From the NCBI RefSeq assembly GCF_902459465.1, contig NC_047080.1, positions 12,214,001 to 12,278,000 on the forward strand: a DNA stretch of 64,000 bases, given 5' to 3'. The DNA comes from Asterias rubens (taxonomy: Eukaryota). The notes below the pieces were generated by a model that was not told the DNA's origin, made no database searches, and saw nothing but the letters and a program-made list of their open reading frames with translations. Made by a program: the position numbers and the translations under genes. Shown piece by piece: positions 12,825 through 25,009 of this stretch (position 1 is the stretch's first letter; each line of letters starts with the position of its first letter).

Positions 12825-15622
12825 ATGGCGGCTCCACTGTTGTCTGAAGATCACCAAGGCGGATTTGTTTTTGAAAACAGCAGAAGGTTTGTTACTATTT
12901 TGTGTTTTGAGTTGAGTTGAGTTGATGGTGTGTGGTGTGTAATATAGTTACGATTTGCAAGTCTATTTTGGGTTTGGGTAAATTTAATTTCGTTAATAAA
13001 ATTTTGCTGTGGGCCTTTGGTTTGCAGTCTAGTCTAGTCTGCGCTTTCCTTTGGAATTGATTGGAGTTTTTCATTTTTCATTTCATCCAATTCCAACAAG
13101 CAAGGCAAAACACCTTTTTCTACTGAGTAGGCCTCCGTACAGCGCCCCAACAACTGTATCTACTATTTAGTTTCCTCAAACTGTAAACAAGGTGTGGTCT
13201 CATAGTATAATTTTATGGACAAATTTCCATGCGACTTTTACAAAACCAGTTTTTAAAAAGATTTGTTAATGGTATTAGTAATAAATTAAAATAAATTAAA
13301 CCGATGGATGGATTGGATGTTGAATTTTCTATCATCATGTCAACAAATATATGAAATGAAGGTCAGTTTGAGGTAACTGTTGTAACACTAACTAACCATG
13401 TCTTCTTCTACTAGGCCAGTACAGTCAGAATGAACAACTACCCGAGAAATCTCAACTTATTTTCTTTTCTCTCGCAGAAATGCCTTACTTGAAAGAAGTG
13501 GAATGAAACTACCCAAGGGGGTGAAGACTGGAACCACGATTGCTGGTCTCATCTTTAAGGTACAAAGAATAATCTTAATGTAGACTATTTATAGTAATAA
13601 CCCCCCCCCCCCTCTCCCATCACAGGCCTTGGTGCCCTGTCCTTTTGCTATGGAGCCCTTTGCAATGTTCCGATACAAAATTAAATCTTCCTCTTAAGTC
13701 CAGCTGGAATCCCAATTGATGTGCCCTTTCAAGAAAAAAGTTCAAGGCCTGCCCCCCCCCCCCAAAAAAAAAACCCAAAACAACAAGAAAACAACTAGTT
13801 CTCTTTGATTCATTGATTTTTCTGTTTACCAGGATGGAGTTATTCTCGGTGCTGACACAAGAGCTACTGAAGACACAATCGTTGCCGACAAGAACTGTTC
13901 AAAGATTCACTACTTGGCTCCAAATATCTAGTGAGTTTTCAAAATGGGAAAATCAGCTATAAATACTTTTGCAGCCACTCATGACTAAAAATTAATAATA
14001 ATGAACCGTTTGCATTGATTGGTCAGTAAAATTGGGTTCAGTACGAGTTTTGAAGGGATATTTCTTGCTTGGATTCTTTAGTTGTTGCGGAGCTGGTACA
14101 GCAGCAGACACCGAGGTCACGACCCAGGTCATCTCATCTAATCTAGAGCTTCATAGTCTATCAACGAGTCGGGAGGCACGCGTCATTACGGCCAATCGCA
14201 TGCTCAAACAGAAGCTGTTCAGGTACTAGCCCTACATGTAGAGTTTTATTTTTCAACCAAACCTTCCCTCAATTATACGCCCTGCATTTGGCTAAGTTTT
14301 AATTGACGCTAGACTCTAAAGTGTCATTTGGTAGGGACTTTCCATAACCTCTAAAACACTCCACTCTGTATACATGCTGGCACTTCCCTTTGTACAGCGA
14401 AGTGTACCTGAGCCCGGTTTTATAGAGCTGCTTAAAAAAAAATGTACCTACCAGAACAAGGTGACCAGCCAAATACCATGTCACATGCACTATCTGTAAG
14501 TGGTATTCTGCTTTTATTTGCTTAATTGTTAATTGTTATTTGCTTAATTGTTAAGCAATTATTCTTTTGCCCTGATTTTACTTCATTTTTCATTTGATTT
14601 GATTTCACCTCAGATACCAGGGTCATATTGGAGCTGCTTTAGTCTTGGGTGGTGTGGATGTCAATGGCCCCCATCTTTACAACATCTACCCTCATGGCTC
14701 CTCCAATAAACTCCCCTTTGCTACGATGGGATCTGGCTCTCTGGCAGCCATGGCAATGTTCGAAGACAGATATAAACCCGATATGGAGGTAAGTTTTGGA
14801 TGTTTGTTTGTGCTTACTCCACGTACAGGCATTCTTCGTGTACCCAGTTGGTGCAGAATCATGGCGCTTGATCTGTAAGCGGAGAATGGTGATCGCAAGC
14901 ACAGAGTACTGAGCCATGAAATTGAGCCCTGTGGTTTTGCCAACATTACCAAGTACACCTTCATTCAAATCAGATAGAGTAATTACTCCAGTAGTAGGAC
15001 TGTGAACATCCCTATCTCATCTTGGTTTTAACAAGAGTATGCAAGTTAAAGTAGGATTTGAAACTTTGCATGGTTGAAATAACAATATAGTAAGGTTTGC
15101 GGTAACACCATGCAATGATAATCTCTAAATAAGTTTAACACTCTGATAATTCTGCAGGAAGAGGAGGCTAAGACGTTGGTACGTGATGCCATAGCTGCTG
15201 GTATCTTCAATGATCTCGGCTCTGGTACCAACATCGACCTGTGTGTCATCAGAAAGGGCAAAGTGGATTATCTGCGGCCTTACGACGTAGCCAACATTAA
15301 GGGAGTCAGGTGAGGGCGCTTTTATATTTTATCAAGCAGCATCATTTAAAGAGAACGAACAAAATATTTTCCAAACAAATTCAAATCACAACTGACTAAA
15401 GAGTGTGCATTTTCTCAACTCTTGCAAAATTATCAAGTTGCAATTATATCGTACAGACAATGCAGACAATAACATAATGTTTAATATCTTCTTTCTAATT
15501 TTGCTTTCAGGCAAGGGGACTACCGCTACAAGCGTGGAACAACTGGTGTCCTAACCAAGACAGTAACACCCTTGATATTCGATGTAGTCGACACCAAAGT
15601 AGAGGCGATGGAAGTGTCATGA
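12825..15622 (+). CDS. PSMB7: Proteasome subunit beta type-7 (beta2), 273 aa, 7 coding exons
   Basis: Exons 12825-12886, 13478-13559, 13833-13930, 14082-14222, 14614-14788, 15158-15309, 15511-15622; all GT-AG and phase-consistent (822 nt). Propeptide then catalytic Thr (KTG|TTIAG), [27 protein letters not shown] and GIFNDLGSG motifs. Confidence 0.97.
13623..13751. mobile_element. Small non-autonomous element with CAGGCCTTG inverted ends in PSMB7 intron 2
   Basis: 9-bp perfect inverted termini; interior resembles dispersed copies near 5800-5910, 28555-28660 and 58950-59100. No clear TSD. Confidence 0.5.
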
Positions 15623-16962
15623 TCGGATTATTTTGCATTCCGTAGCGGCGTTTAAACACATTTAGATTAGATTAAATATGGATTTTGTTTTTCTTGTTAA
15701 GGTTTTCCAGTTAATTTTATTGCCTCAATTTGGTTTCACTTGAGGTAACGGCCGTCATCGCACAGTAAAACCTAGAGATGTATCTAATTGCTGTTGTTTC
15801 AGAGGTGCCTATAATGTCACACAGTAACCATTAACAAGGTCAAAGGTTAGCCCTGGCTGCTAGGCACAGAGGAAGAGTCCTATATAGGGCTAGGCCAAAG
15901 GTGTGCTAATTATGCTAGCAGGCATCACCAACAAGTGAGCAATGCAAATATGCAATACACAATTGTCTTGATTATAAATTAAATACTGTTTTGTTCCAAG
16001 ACAATTTTTTTCTGTCTGAGTGCATAGCACAAAGAATTCACTTTCTTGTGAACAGCTTCAGGAAATTGGTTATGATCAATAAATTGTTCAATAAGAAAGG
16101 TCTTAAAATTTCACTTGGTAAGTTTGCACTTATATTTCTTCTGGCTGCGAGCCTAGTTGCTTAGTAACATTAACAAATAACAGTTGATCATCACAAGAAC
16201 ATTTTGTTTTATAGATTATTGGTGGCTTACAAGGGGGAACATTTTGAGTTTGTAAAACAAGAATTCAATAAAATATACTCAAAGAAAAAAGAACTTGCGA
16301 GTGTTAATGTGTTGTTTATCACTAATATTTAATGTAAAAAGAAGTGCCCTTTCTCACAATTACTGAAGACCTGGATAAGGGTATGGTTTTATGGGAGTTC
16401 TAACATGCATTTATCCCCAAAAGTTGCCTATGATTCAAGAGATTTTTTGTCAATGACATCTCAAAATGATTTGATTAGTCCTACCATTATGTCATACCCA
16501 TCCAAATCCAACTGTTGGACTGAGGACTCTAGTAGTGAACTGATTCTGCTTTGTCAACATCCAACAGTTTGGGCGCCGGGTTGACCATCTCGGCATTGGA
16601 TTTCACTAGAGTGAGGTTATACAGTGCCTAATGTAGACAAAGCAAGTTTACATCAATTTACATTTATCATATTTAGCGACTCAAATAGGGTGAGCGATAC
16701 AGACAGTAGTCGCTTGCAGCGTTGGTTAGGAGTGAATAATGGGTAGACAATGGGTTTGGGGTAAAAACAAAATCAATGTATTGTCACGTCAGTGCAAAAA
16801 AGTTGTATCTCGTCAAAAATGGTACTAACATGCAAGATTAAAATTATCCCCCCAAAAAATGTTCTCTCAAAATAGCTTGTTTGCACTGACGCAACCGTCG
16901 CCATATTATAATAAAACATTTTTTAAATACAAATTCTATTATGATGGACACCAACCACAGTT

Positions 16963-19594
16963 TTAGTCACTAGTCTCATCACTTTCATCACTATCAGCAT
17001 AACCTCCAAGAAGACTGAGTGCAACAGACTTAGCTTTAGGAAGTACTCCTCTATTTCCCGCAGCATTCTGCCTCCTTCCTAGTCCCTCTTGGATGCTACT
17101 CAAGATAAGGTCTTCAGACGCTTTGCCATCAGCATCTTGGTGTTCACTGTCCGTTATTTCTGAACTTTCACCTTCATGTTCGTTTCTCTGAGACGTTCCA
17201 GCTTGGTTGGTACCCACTGGTTCACTAGAGGGTGCAGTGGGTTCCTTATCTATTGAAGGTCCACCAGTGGAATCATTCTTTAATGTCTTTATTTGGTTTG
17301 ATTCGAGGCTTGGACTGGCCGAAGGAGTTTCAGTCATTGTATTTGTCGGCTTGGCAACAGGATTCTTCAGCTTCACAAGTCCTGCTAGAGCTGATCGGGA
17401 ACTGATCTTTGCTGATTTTGATTCCGATGATTTGGCTTTCTTAGGTTGTGGTTCACCATCCTGTGATTGAAAACAAAGCAAATTTGGATTTGTAAAAAAT
17501 GCAAAAATAAGTTAATGGCTTGACATTTCGACCCTAGCAGAGTCTTTCTAGCATAGTCTTTCTCGAGAAAGACTCTGCTAGGGTCAAGACGTCAGGCCAT
17601 TAACTATTTCTTTGCATTTTTTCCTTTCAGTTGTTAAGCTGTTTGCAACAGCTAATTCTATTTTCTGATTTGTGAATAATATGTCAAACAAGTTCATGTT
17701 GTAGACAAGATCTAACAAACAAAGAGCCAAACTTACATTTGTGAGGATGTCTGTAGGTCTTTTGAAAGCATGTGGCGTTGGAGGCGTCGCCGTTTCATCA
17801 TCATCTTCTGGGTCGTCTTCAAGTCTTTTCATCACACCTCCATCTGGCTTGCCAAATATCCGTCTGTTGACAGAAGAAAAAATAATACAAGGAAGTCAGT
17901 CGTCTTACTATCCCACACATATTGGATTTACGTCTCATCCTTTCGACGAAGCAACAATGGCGTCTTGCTCAAGGACACAAGTGTCAGGACCAGAACTCGA
18001 ACTCACAACTCTGCTGATCAGAAACATTAGAGCTTGAGTCAGGTGCACTAGACTGCTTTGCACTGAAAGGTCACATAAATAAGCAGGAGGGAAGACACAA
18101 GGCTCCTCATCCCCTGATCCATTACTGATTTTAGGGATCCATTACTGATTTTAGGGATCAGGGCCCAATTTCAGATATACTGCTAAGAAAAGTTCTTTGC
18201 TAAGCAAAAAATAAGTGAAGCATCAGTTGGATCAATACCAACCTTATGAAATTTTGGCTGGTAACTATTTTTCTGTGCTTAGCAAGTTTTCTCGCTTTAT
18301 ACAGTCTTTATGGAATTGAGCCAGTCAGAACACCAAATGAGTTAGGGTTGAAAACTTGATGATTGATCTTCAAGGCACTGGACACTATTGGTAATAACTC
18401 AAAATAGTTGATAGCATAAAAACTTACTTGGTGAGCTGTTGACAGTATAAAACATTGTGAGAAACGCGCTTTCTATAAAAAGGTGGTTTCTCACTAAAAA
18501 ATAATAAAATACTTCAAACTGAAGCCTTTTATTATGCATTTATAAGCACAAAGAGTAATGCAACAAGAATATTTTTTCTGTCATTATTTGTCTTGCAAAT
18601 TTGACGACCAATTGAGCCCAAATTGAGGTTTTTTATTTTATGCGTATGTATGTTGGGATACACCAAGTGAGAATACTGGTCTTTGACAATTACCAAAGAT
18701 GTCCAGTGTCTTTAAGAATCATCTGGCTCTTTCTTGACTTACTGAATTTCTGCCTCATCTTCAACCTCCTGCCTCCTCAGCCCTTCCTCCAAAGCCTCCG
18801 CCTTTCTACGTAGGATCTCGGCGTAATCGATATCAACTTTCCTCGTGTTAATCTCCTTTAGCTCCTCCAGGTTTTCCAGTATCTCCATTTCATGCTTGGA
18901 ATCCTGAATAAAACACAAGGAAACATAAACGCACTCAGAACGGATCCACACTAGGGTGTGCATTAATGGAAACTCTTTGAATACAAATGTGCAATAACTT
19001 GCACAAGCAAAAACATCTCCCTGTACTTGTGAATTACACTTAACATATGCCTGGAATTCCATGTGAGCATCAATCCTTTGCAACTTAGGTATGGCTTCGG
19101 TGAAATTCCACGACTGCTTCATTTGCATTTCCTTTAATTTGTTTAACATTTCATATATTTGATCTGATTGCTTTTCTCTGAGAGAAAACTTAATCACTAC
19201 ACAAGCCAAGAACCCAATGGAGAAAAGACAAAGAAGGAAGTTTCAGTTTTAGACTTGGGAAGAACGAAACTATTTTACCAACGTAACTGCTCAGGTTTGA
19301 CGTTCACTGGGTTCCATTACATCCTCAGAACAACTGCTTTGTAATGAGCTCATAATGCTTCATCAGCCCAGAACTTCTACTCGTTAGGGCAACAGGTCTT
19401 TGTCTGTAGCACCAGCCCGGGTGTGGAACCAACTCCAACTGACTGTCAAATCATCTCCATCCATCACAACATTCAAGGCAAACTTAAAATCTCACCTGGG
19501 ATTACTCACACAATCCTCAGTCCTAATTTGTTTTCCTCTCCTCAAGCGCCATGAGCACTTTTTTAGGCGGATACCGGCACTTTACTAAGTGTTC

Positions 19595-19638
<44 letters not shown>

Positions 19639-21829
19639 CTCACTCTACCTTTGTTCTATTTTCCAAGACCTTCATTGGATTGTTGGCTTCCTCCTCTTCT
19701 CGATCTAGCTTCTCTTTCTCCGTAGCTTTCCGAAACATCTTAGCGGCTTCAAACAGTCTGGTGGCTCCGTGCTCTAAGGCATAGTCTTCATTCTCAGGAT
19801 CAGTCTACACAAAAACAAATATTACTCAAAATAATAGTAACAATCGCTTAACTTGTTTCTTTTCATTGTTTTATGATAAGTGTTCGGCATATAAATGTCT
19901 CGTATTATTATTGGGTTTTTTTTAAGTTTTTTTTAGTGCTTTTAGAGTACATATTTTTTGTAAATGGCTTTGATCCTTTGGAGAGGCGCTATAATATAAA
20001 AGTTGAATAATAATATAATAATAATAATTTCATCTTATCACAGTTTGCAAAAGTGTTGATAACTCCTCAAGTCAGGCTACGTCCCTTACGCCTCTCTTAA
20101 TATTTATGCATGACGTCATCATTCTCACCCAAAATGATGCTATGGGCACACGTCGCCACCACTTGCAGTGGCTGCGCCCATGGCCTCGTTTTGGGATAGC
20201 ATTGTGACGTACCTCATGCATAAATCTTAAGAGAGGCGTAAAGCTTAAGATCTCAAGGGTCTTTCGCATGATCCCCCCCCATTTCCAAAAGCGCCGCCTT
20301 CTGCAACAGATCTATCCTCACAGTTATTCCTATTTCATCCAGATATTTCCCCAGTGATTACAGAATTATGCCAAGCACTCCAACCCCACTAGGACTACTT
20401 TCAGTATTAGTAATATTATTATTATTAAACCCAAGGCAGTTGAACCAAGGCGAGCCCAACTCAAACAAGCGACAACGAGACAGCTTGGGACGACTGAGTG
20501 AGCGAGTTGATCGGTGTCAATATGCAGGGAAATGTAGACCAACAGGAAGAGGTTCAGAGATGTAAACTAACCTTAAAGCTGATTTCTGAAATGCACTTTG
20601 GGCACTTGATGTAGAAGCGATAGATTCGTAGGCCGAGGTACTTCTCATCCTGGACATTCTCTGTCTTTGCGTTAAACTTCTTACCCTGGTAGATGTAATC
20701 TCCACAGGTTTCACATCTTGGGGGAAAAAAAAAACCAATCAAAATCACTCAGACTTAGTAAACAGGTGAGGTTTGCGGTGACACCATGTGTAAATCTCTT
20801 TGAGTAGTTTTGGTCCTGAAAAGAACCGGTGGTTTAATGAAAACAAATCGAATAAAAACAACACAAGGTACTAGAGCTTTGTGCACTCTCATCCCCCACC
20901 CCTGCTTGTTCACTCTCATCCCCCATCCCTGCTTGTTCACTCTCATCCCCCACCCCTGCCAACAAACAAATCCACAATGTCTTTTTCACAGGCTACGGGT
21001 TGGTCCTTGGGAACAAAGTAGGATTCCTTCATTGAGTACCTACTTACATGGTATATGCTTTAACAGACTTCTCAGGATATTTAATCACAGTTTTTCAGAT
21101 TTTTGCAAAGGCAAACAAACTAGGAAATCAGACTAAAGTATGAAGAATATCATGCCTGTTCACGCTAATACGATGTTGACATAACAATTAGTGTGGGTAC
21201 TGCACTCACAAGTGCATCTTCATGTCAAGGTTTCCCATGGTCAAGTTGGGAATGTATCACTCATAACAAAATGTATACCTCATATTAAAAGGTGCCATGA
21301 TGCGGACAGTATACTGCCTCTCTCTCTGTAGACGAAGTTTGGGGATCTTCGCCGGATCAAAATCCGGGGGGTAGTATTTCTGTGGGAAGTAAAATAAACG
21401 CAAATTAATAACTAAACATCCTAATTCTGAGTTGGCAGAGATGCCCTTAAGTCACATCACAGCCAGAACTTGGACAGAAAATAATGTTCACAATTTGGCC
21501 TTGGTGCTCCTTGAGTTGACCTAAGTTGGTGCTATTTTCTCCCTTAAGGCCGATTTATAGTCGGTCGTGCGATGGGAATCTTGCGCGCAATCCTAAGACT
21601 GAGGCCTAAAAACTGTGTCTTTTTATGATCGCGCGTCAATATTTCCGACGCCCGACCATCGCGCGACCGACTACAACTCGGCCTTCATGGTCAAGGAAAA
21701 CAGAAAGAAGCATCTCCACCTGAAAAAATTCCAAATATTTTTGACGATATTTGTATTATAAGAAAGGAGCATCTTGGAAGGAAAATGATGACATTAAATA
21801 CTTACATTAAGAACTTTTCTCTCGGACAT
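16963..21829 (-). CDS. YJU2: Splicing factor YJU2 (CCDC94), about 403 aa, 7 coding exons
   Basis: Coding exons 21806-21829 (MSERKVLN), 21279-21379 (KYYPPDFDP...MAPFNMR), 20572-20716 (CxxC...CxxC zinc site), 19649-19804, 18743-18903, 17737-17863, 16963-17460 (ends [11 protein letters not shown]); phases consistent (1212 nt). Confidence 0.95.
17496..17621. repeat. Inverted pair of the Penelope-type hammerhead repeat in the last YJU2 intron
   Basis: Arms 17511-17549 and 17566-17604 are reverse complements with about 4 mismatches; a perfect 20-bp palindrome AGTCTTTCTCGAGAAAGACT lies at 17555-17574. Confidence 0.8.
17905..18062 (-). mobile_element. tRNA-derived SINE remnant
   Basis: tgtcttgctcaaggacacaa core-like segment and a decayed tRNA-like head with B-box-like sequence on the minus strand. 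Confidence 0.55.
18162..18322. mobile_element. PIF/Harbinger-like MITE
   Basis: cag|GGCCCAATTTC ... GGAATTGAGCC termini; preceded by a 20-bp tandem duplication at 18116-18159. Confidence 0.6.
18373..18711 (+). mobile_element. TTAA-flanked MITE, family A, in a YJU2 intron
   Basis: AGGCACTGGACACTATTGGTAAT ... TTACCAAAGATGTCCAGTGTCT|TTAA. Confidence 0.85.
19330..19636 (+). mobile_element. 3' end of an L2-type LINE with (TTA)n tail
   Basis: Translation [11 protein letters not shown]...[16 protein letters not shown] matches the typical L2 ORF2 C-terminus; followed by an agcgccatgag...ggata...cacttt tail and a TTA microsatellite. Confidence 0.75.
20884..20959. repeat. 27-bp minisatellite, about 2.8 copies
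   Basis: Unit cactctcatcccccacccctgcttgtt repeated in tandem. Confidence 0.9.
21546..21685. mobile_element. Small MITE with 30-bp TIRs in a YJU2 intron
   Basis: AAGGCCGATTTATAGTCGGTCGTGCGATGG versus the reverse complement of the right end: 3 mismatches. Confidence 0.75.
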
Positions 21830-22839
21830 CTTGTCTTACTCTGTTTAATTCTCTGCTCTGTAATAAGAATCAAAAATGGATTTTATGTATATGAAAATTT
21901 CCCTTCTGACCTCATATTAATACTTGTAAATGTGCATGGTTGCGAAGCCACAACCACTCTCAATACATTAGTGGTTGTGGTTTAATTAATTAAGCCACAG
22001 AACTACGCCATTGTATAAATGTGCATGGTTATGGCAGGGTATTGGGCTTTATACATGTATGTCGCTTTGTATATCTCAGTGTATCCCAACATCTACATAA
22101 AATAACAAACCTGTGAACAATTGGGCTCAATCAGATGTAGAGGTACATGTACATGTTACATGAAGTTAAAAGTCACTACAAATGTTCAGTAGTTCAGTGC
22201 CGTTGAAGCTTTCCTTTGTAAATAAAACCATGGAGGTAGTCATGGTTAATAAAACGAAAGTCAGTGCCGGCAAAATATCCACTGCCTCGTCATGTTTTTG
22301 ATTTCCCAACCAACCAATCCCATCCTTTAAATACTTCTTTCTTCTTACTTTATGAGTTAACAAAACAACATTTTTGGTCACACAACAGGATAGTAGAAAT
22401 GAGTTTTCAGTTGTATCATGGTATGTTATAAAGCATGGTAAGTCAAACTCAAATGCATTCATTGCCATTCGCTGCAGGAACCAAGATTATATTGTGCAGG
22501 ACACGAAATGGGGGAAATGGATGGAAACCACAATCTGCAAGTGCAACACCAATCTGTAACTTTACTGACTGACACTACCTGACTACACCTGACACCCTGT
22601 CACTCACACCGTAAAGAGCAAGACTCAAAGTTCAAACACAGTACAGTACAGTACACAAGAGTCTCAGAAAACTCAGAAGTAGACGCCGGCAGTGAACAGT
22701 AACACCAGCACTGCTGCTGCTGCAGTGTCATTAAATGAACACATAATGTTTACAGGGAATAATGGTTTGGAAAAATTGGTGGCGACGTGCGGAAGATTAT
22801 CCAATGGTTTAATGAGCACAAATGAAAGGTATAACTTAC

Positions 22840-22950
22840 ATTTTGTCTAGATTCTCTCTCCGGTTTTTCTTCAGCATGTGTGTATGCACAACGATTCTTG
22901 GCTATATACATGTACATGCAATACGTTTATGAACGAAGTACAGTACGTCA
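22840..22950 (-). other. YJU2: Probable 5'-UTR exon of YJU2 (upstream limit approximate)
   Basis: Consensus donor AAT|GTAAGT at 22839; acceptor TTACAG| at 21858 lies 28 nt before the YJU2 ATG; CpG-rich promoter-like DNA at 22950-23070. Confidence 0.6.
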
Positions 22951-25009
22951 ACACACTCCGGATCCGAAAAACTATGAGGGCCTCATGAGGGCGCTGTTTA
23001 AATTATTCCTAATGCTCGCGCCGTTTGAATGCGGGCGCTCATTGTGCACGTGGTAGTCGTCAACCATTTAAAGATCACTCGTGCATTGATTGTACACTCC
23101 TATTTTTGTTTGTTTTTCTTTTAATTAAAGTTGGTTCTCCTGGCCCATAAAGTTTTATAGCCATTTCAGAAATAATTTCAGGAATAAGTAAGCTCTAAAA
23201 CAGCGAGACGAATTATTCGATGGACCCGTGTTCATCAATTTTACAGATACTTTTCTGGTCGTGTTCTTTCCCTAACAACAACCATGGTATAATCCGGGGG
23301 AAGCGCAAATCAAGTAGATGGGTTATTGACCACTAACCATACTTCTCCAGCCCAATGTTAGAAAGCTACTTATATAGGCAGAAAAGTTTCCCCCCTCTAA
23401 GCCGAAAATAATTAGCACGTTGTAAAGTAGTATACAGAATGTTAATTTTGGCTGACACGGTAACCTTTTGTGCCTAAAGTAGCTCCATGAAATAAATGGG
23501 CTCTGAGATACTGAATAGATTCGTATAGAACCTCATATTTCAAATTTAAGTCACATCAACTCTCAACTCCCAACAACTGCCATCCCCAAACAACCCTACC
23601 CTCAGCTTACCTAAGACGCTTATCAAAATGCAATCTTTAGAGATGAGGGAGGCACAAAGACAATTACTCACCCAATACATCATTATATGCTTAGTTTTTA
23701 TGAGTTTTATTTCATTTCCAGTTTTAGTTCTTTCCACTAATAAACACACGGTTCTCTACACACACCAAATCTGCATAAACCCCCAAACCACGAGACCATA
23801 AAGGCTGAGCTAAAACAACATGTATGCGCCATACACAATTCTCAGCCAATGATAGGCATTCCTTTAAACTTACTGAGGGCGCTTTTTTAAATTCTCAAAT
23901 AAAATCAAATGGGTCTATTCTGCATACCCTTTATCGAGGGGAAAATGCTGCTTTGTGTAAACTAAAAACACAACCTAAACTACACAATATTATAGCTAAC
24001 CATCCTACTTTCTGGCCATTAATTTTGACCCTATTAGTTTCAATGATGCATCAAACAGCCTGCCTTATGTCATGTGGTGAACAAAATGAATCTGCATAAT
24101 ACACACACAATGTTTGCTGCAGTTTTTCTACCATACACAGTATGGTTAATGATTAGAAAACTGGTAACAAGTAGTAGTTGAGTTAGGTTCGGCGTCCTGC
24201 ATAAAACTATCTACAAGGTAAAAACACCGTGCCTTTATATTTCAAAATATAAACCCTTTACAATTAGTAATCACAGCATTCCCAACACCATCTCAAATTT
24301 GTTGTGAACTGCCGCACATTATTATAACTATACCCAGTGACGTAACCAGGGGAAGGGTTGGGGAAGTGCCAGCCACCCCCCCCCCCTTAGAACCAACATC
24401 CCCCTCCCAAATAAGACTGAGATTAAAATAATACATGCACAAATGGTTCAAATTATGTCTTTGCTCCCACTTGGCAACCCCTCCAAAATTAAAGATCTTT
24501 TCCCACGACTCGCCTCATACTCTACCTCAAGTACACTCCTGGTTAAGGAGAAGCAATTATGATAGCGTGATTAACTCAATGCAACAAGTGTTATGACCGA
24601 CTTCTGCCTAGGGAAAGGATGCAAACCCACACAACCTTGACCCGTCCACCAAAATGAATGAGATACATTCTACTCGGCCATTATAAAACATACACACTAT
24701 AAACCTTTTACTGACTAATTGAAAAATTACCCCTCACACAGGGGTTAAACAACCACCCGACGGTAAAGTCATGATTTTAGAAACCTGAGAAAGGAAAAGC
24801 AATCCACACAATCCGAGAATCTCTTTTATAATAATGACGTGTTTTTCTTTCCTTGTTGGAATATTTACATCTGTCAAGAAAGTTTGAAGGCAGAGGAAGA
24901 TCTTTGACACCATTAATTTTTCTCTGGGAAAACCAAAAAGGGCCTTCAAATGTCACTTCAAGCGTCTGAAGTGTTTTAACGATAATTTTTGAGGATGTGA
25001 AATTTTACT

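Noticed and set aside
17207-17470. Plus-strand hydrophobic ORF (also 38322-38679, 25046-25273, 55710-55961)
   Set aside because: Antisense shadows of real exons of YJU2, PAPPA and PTGES2.
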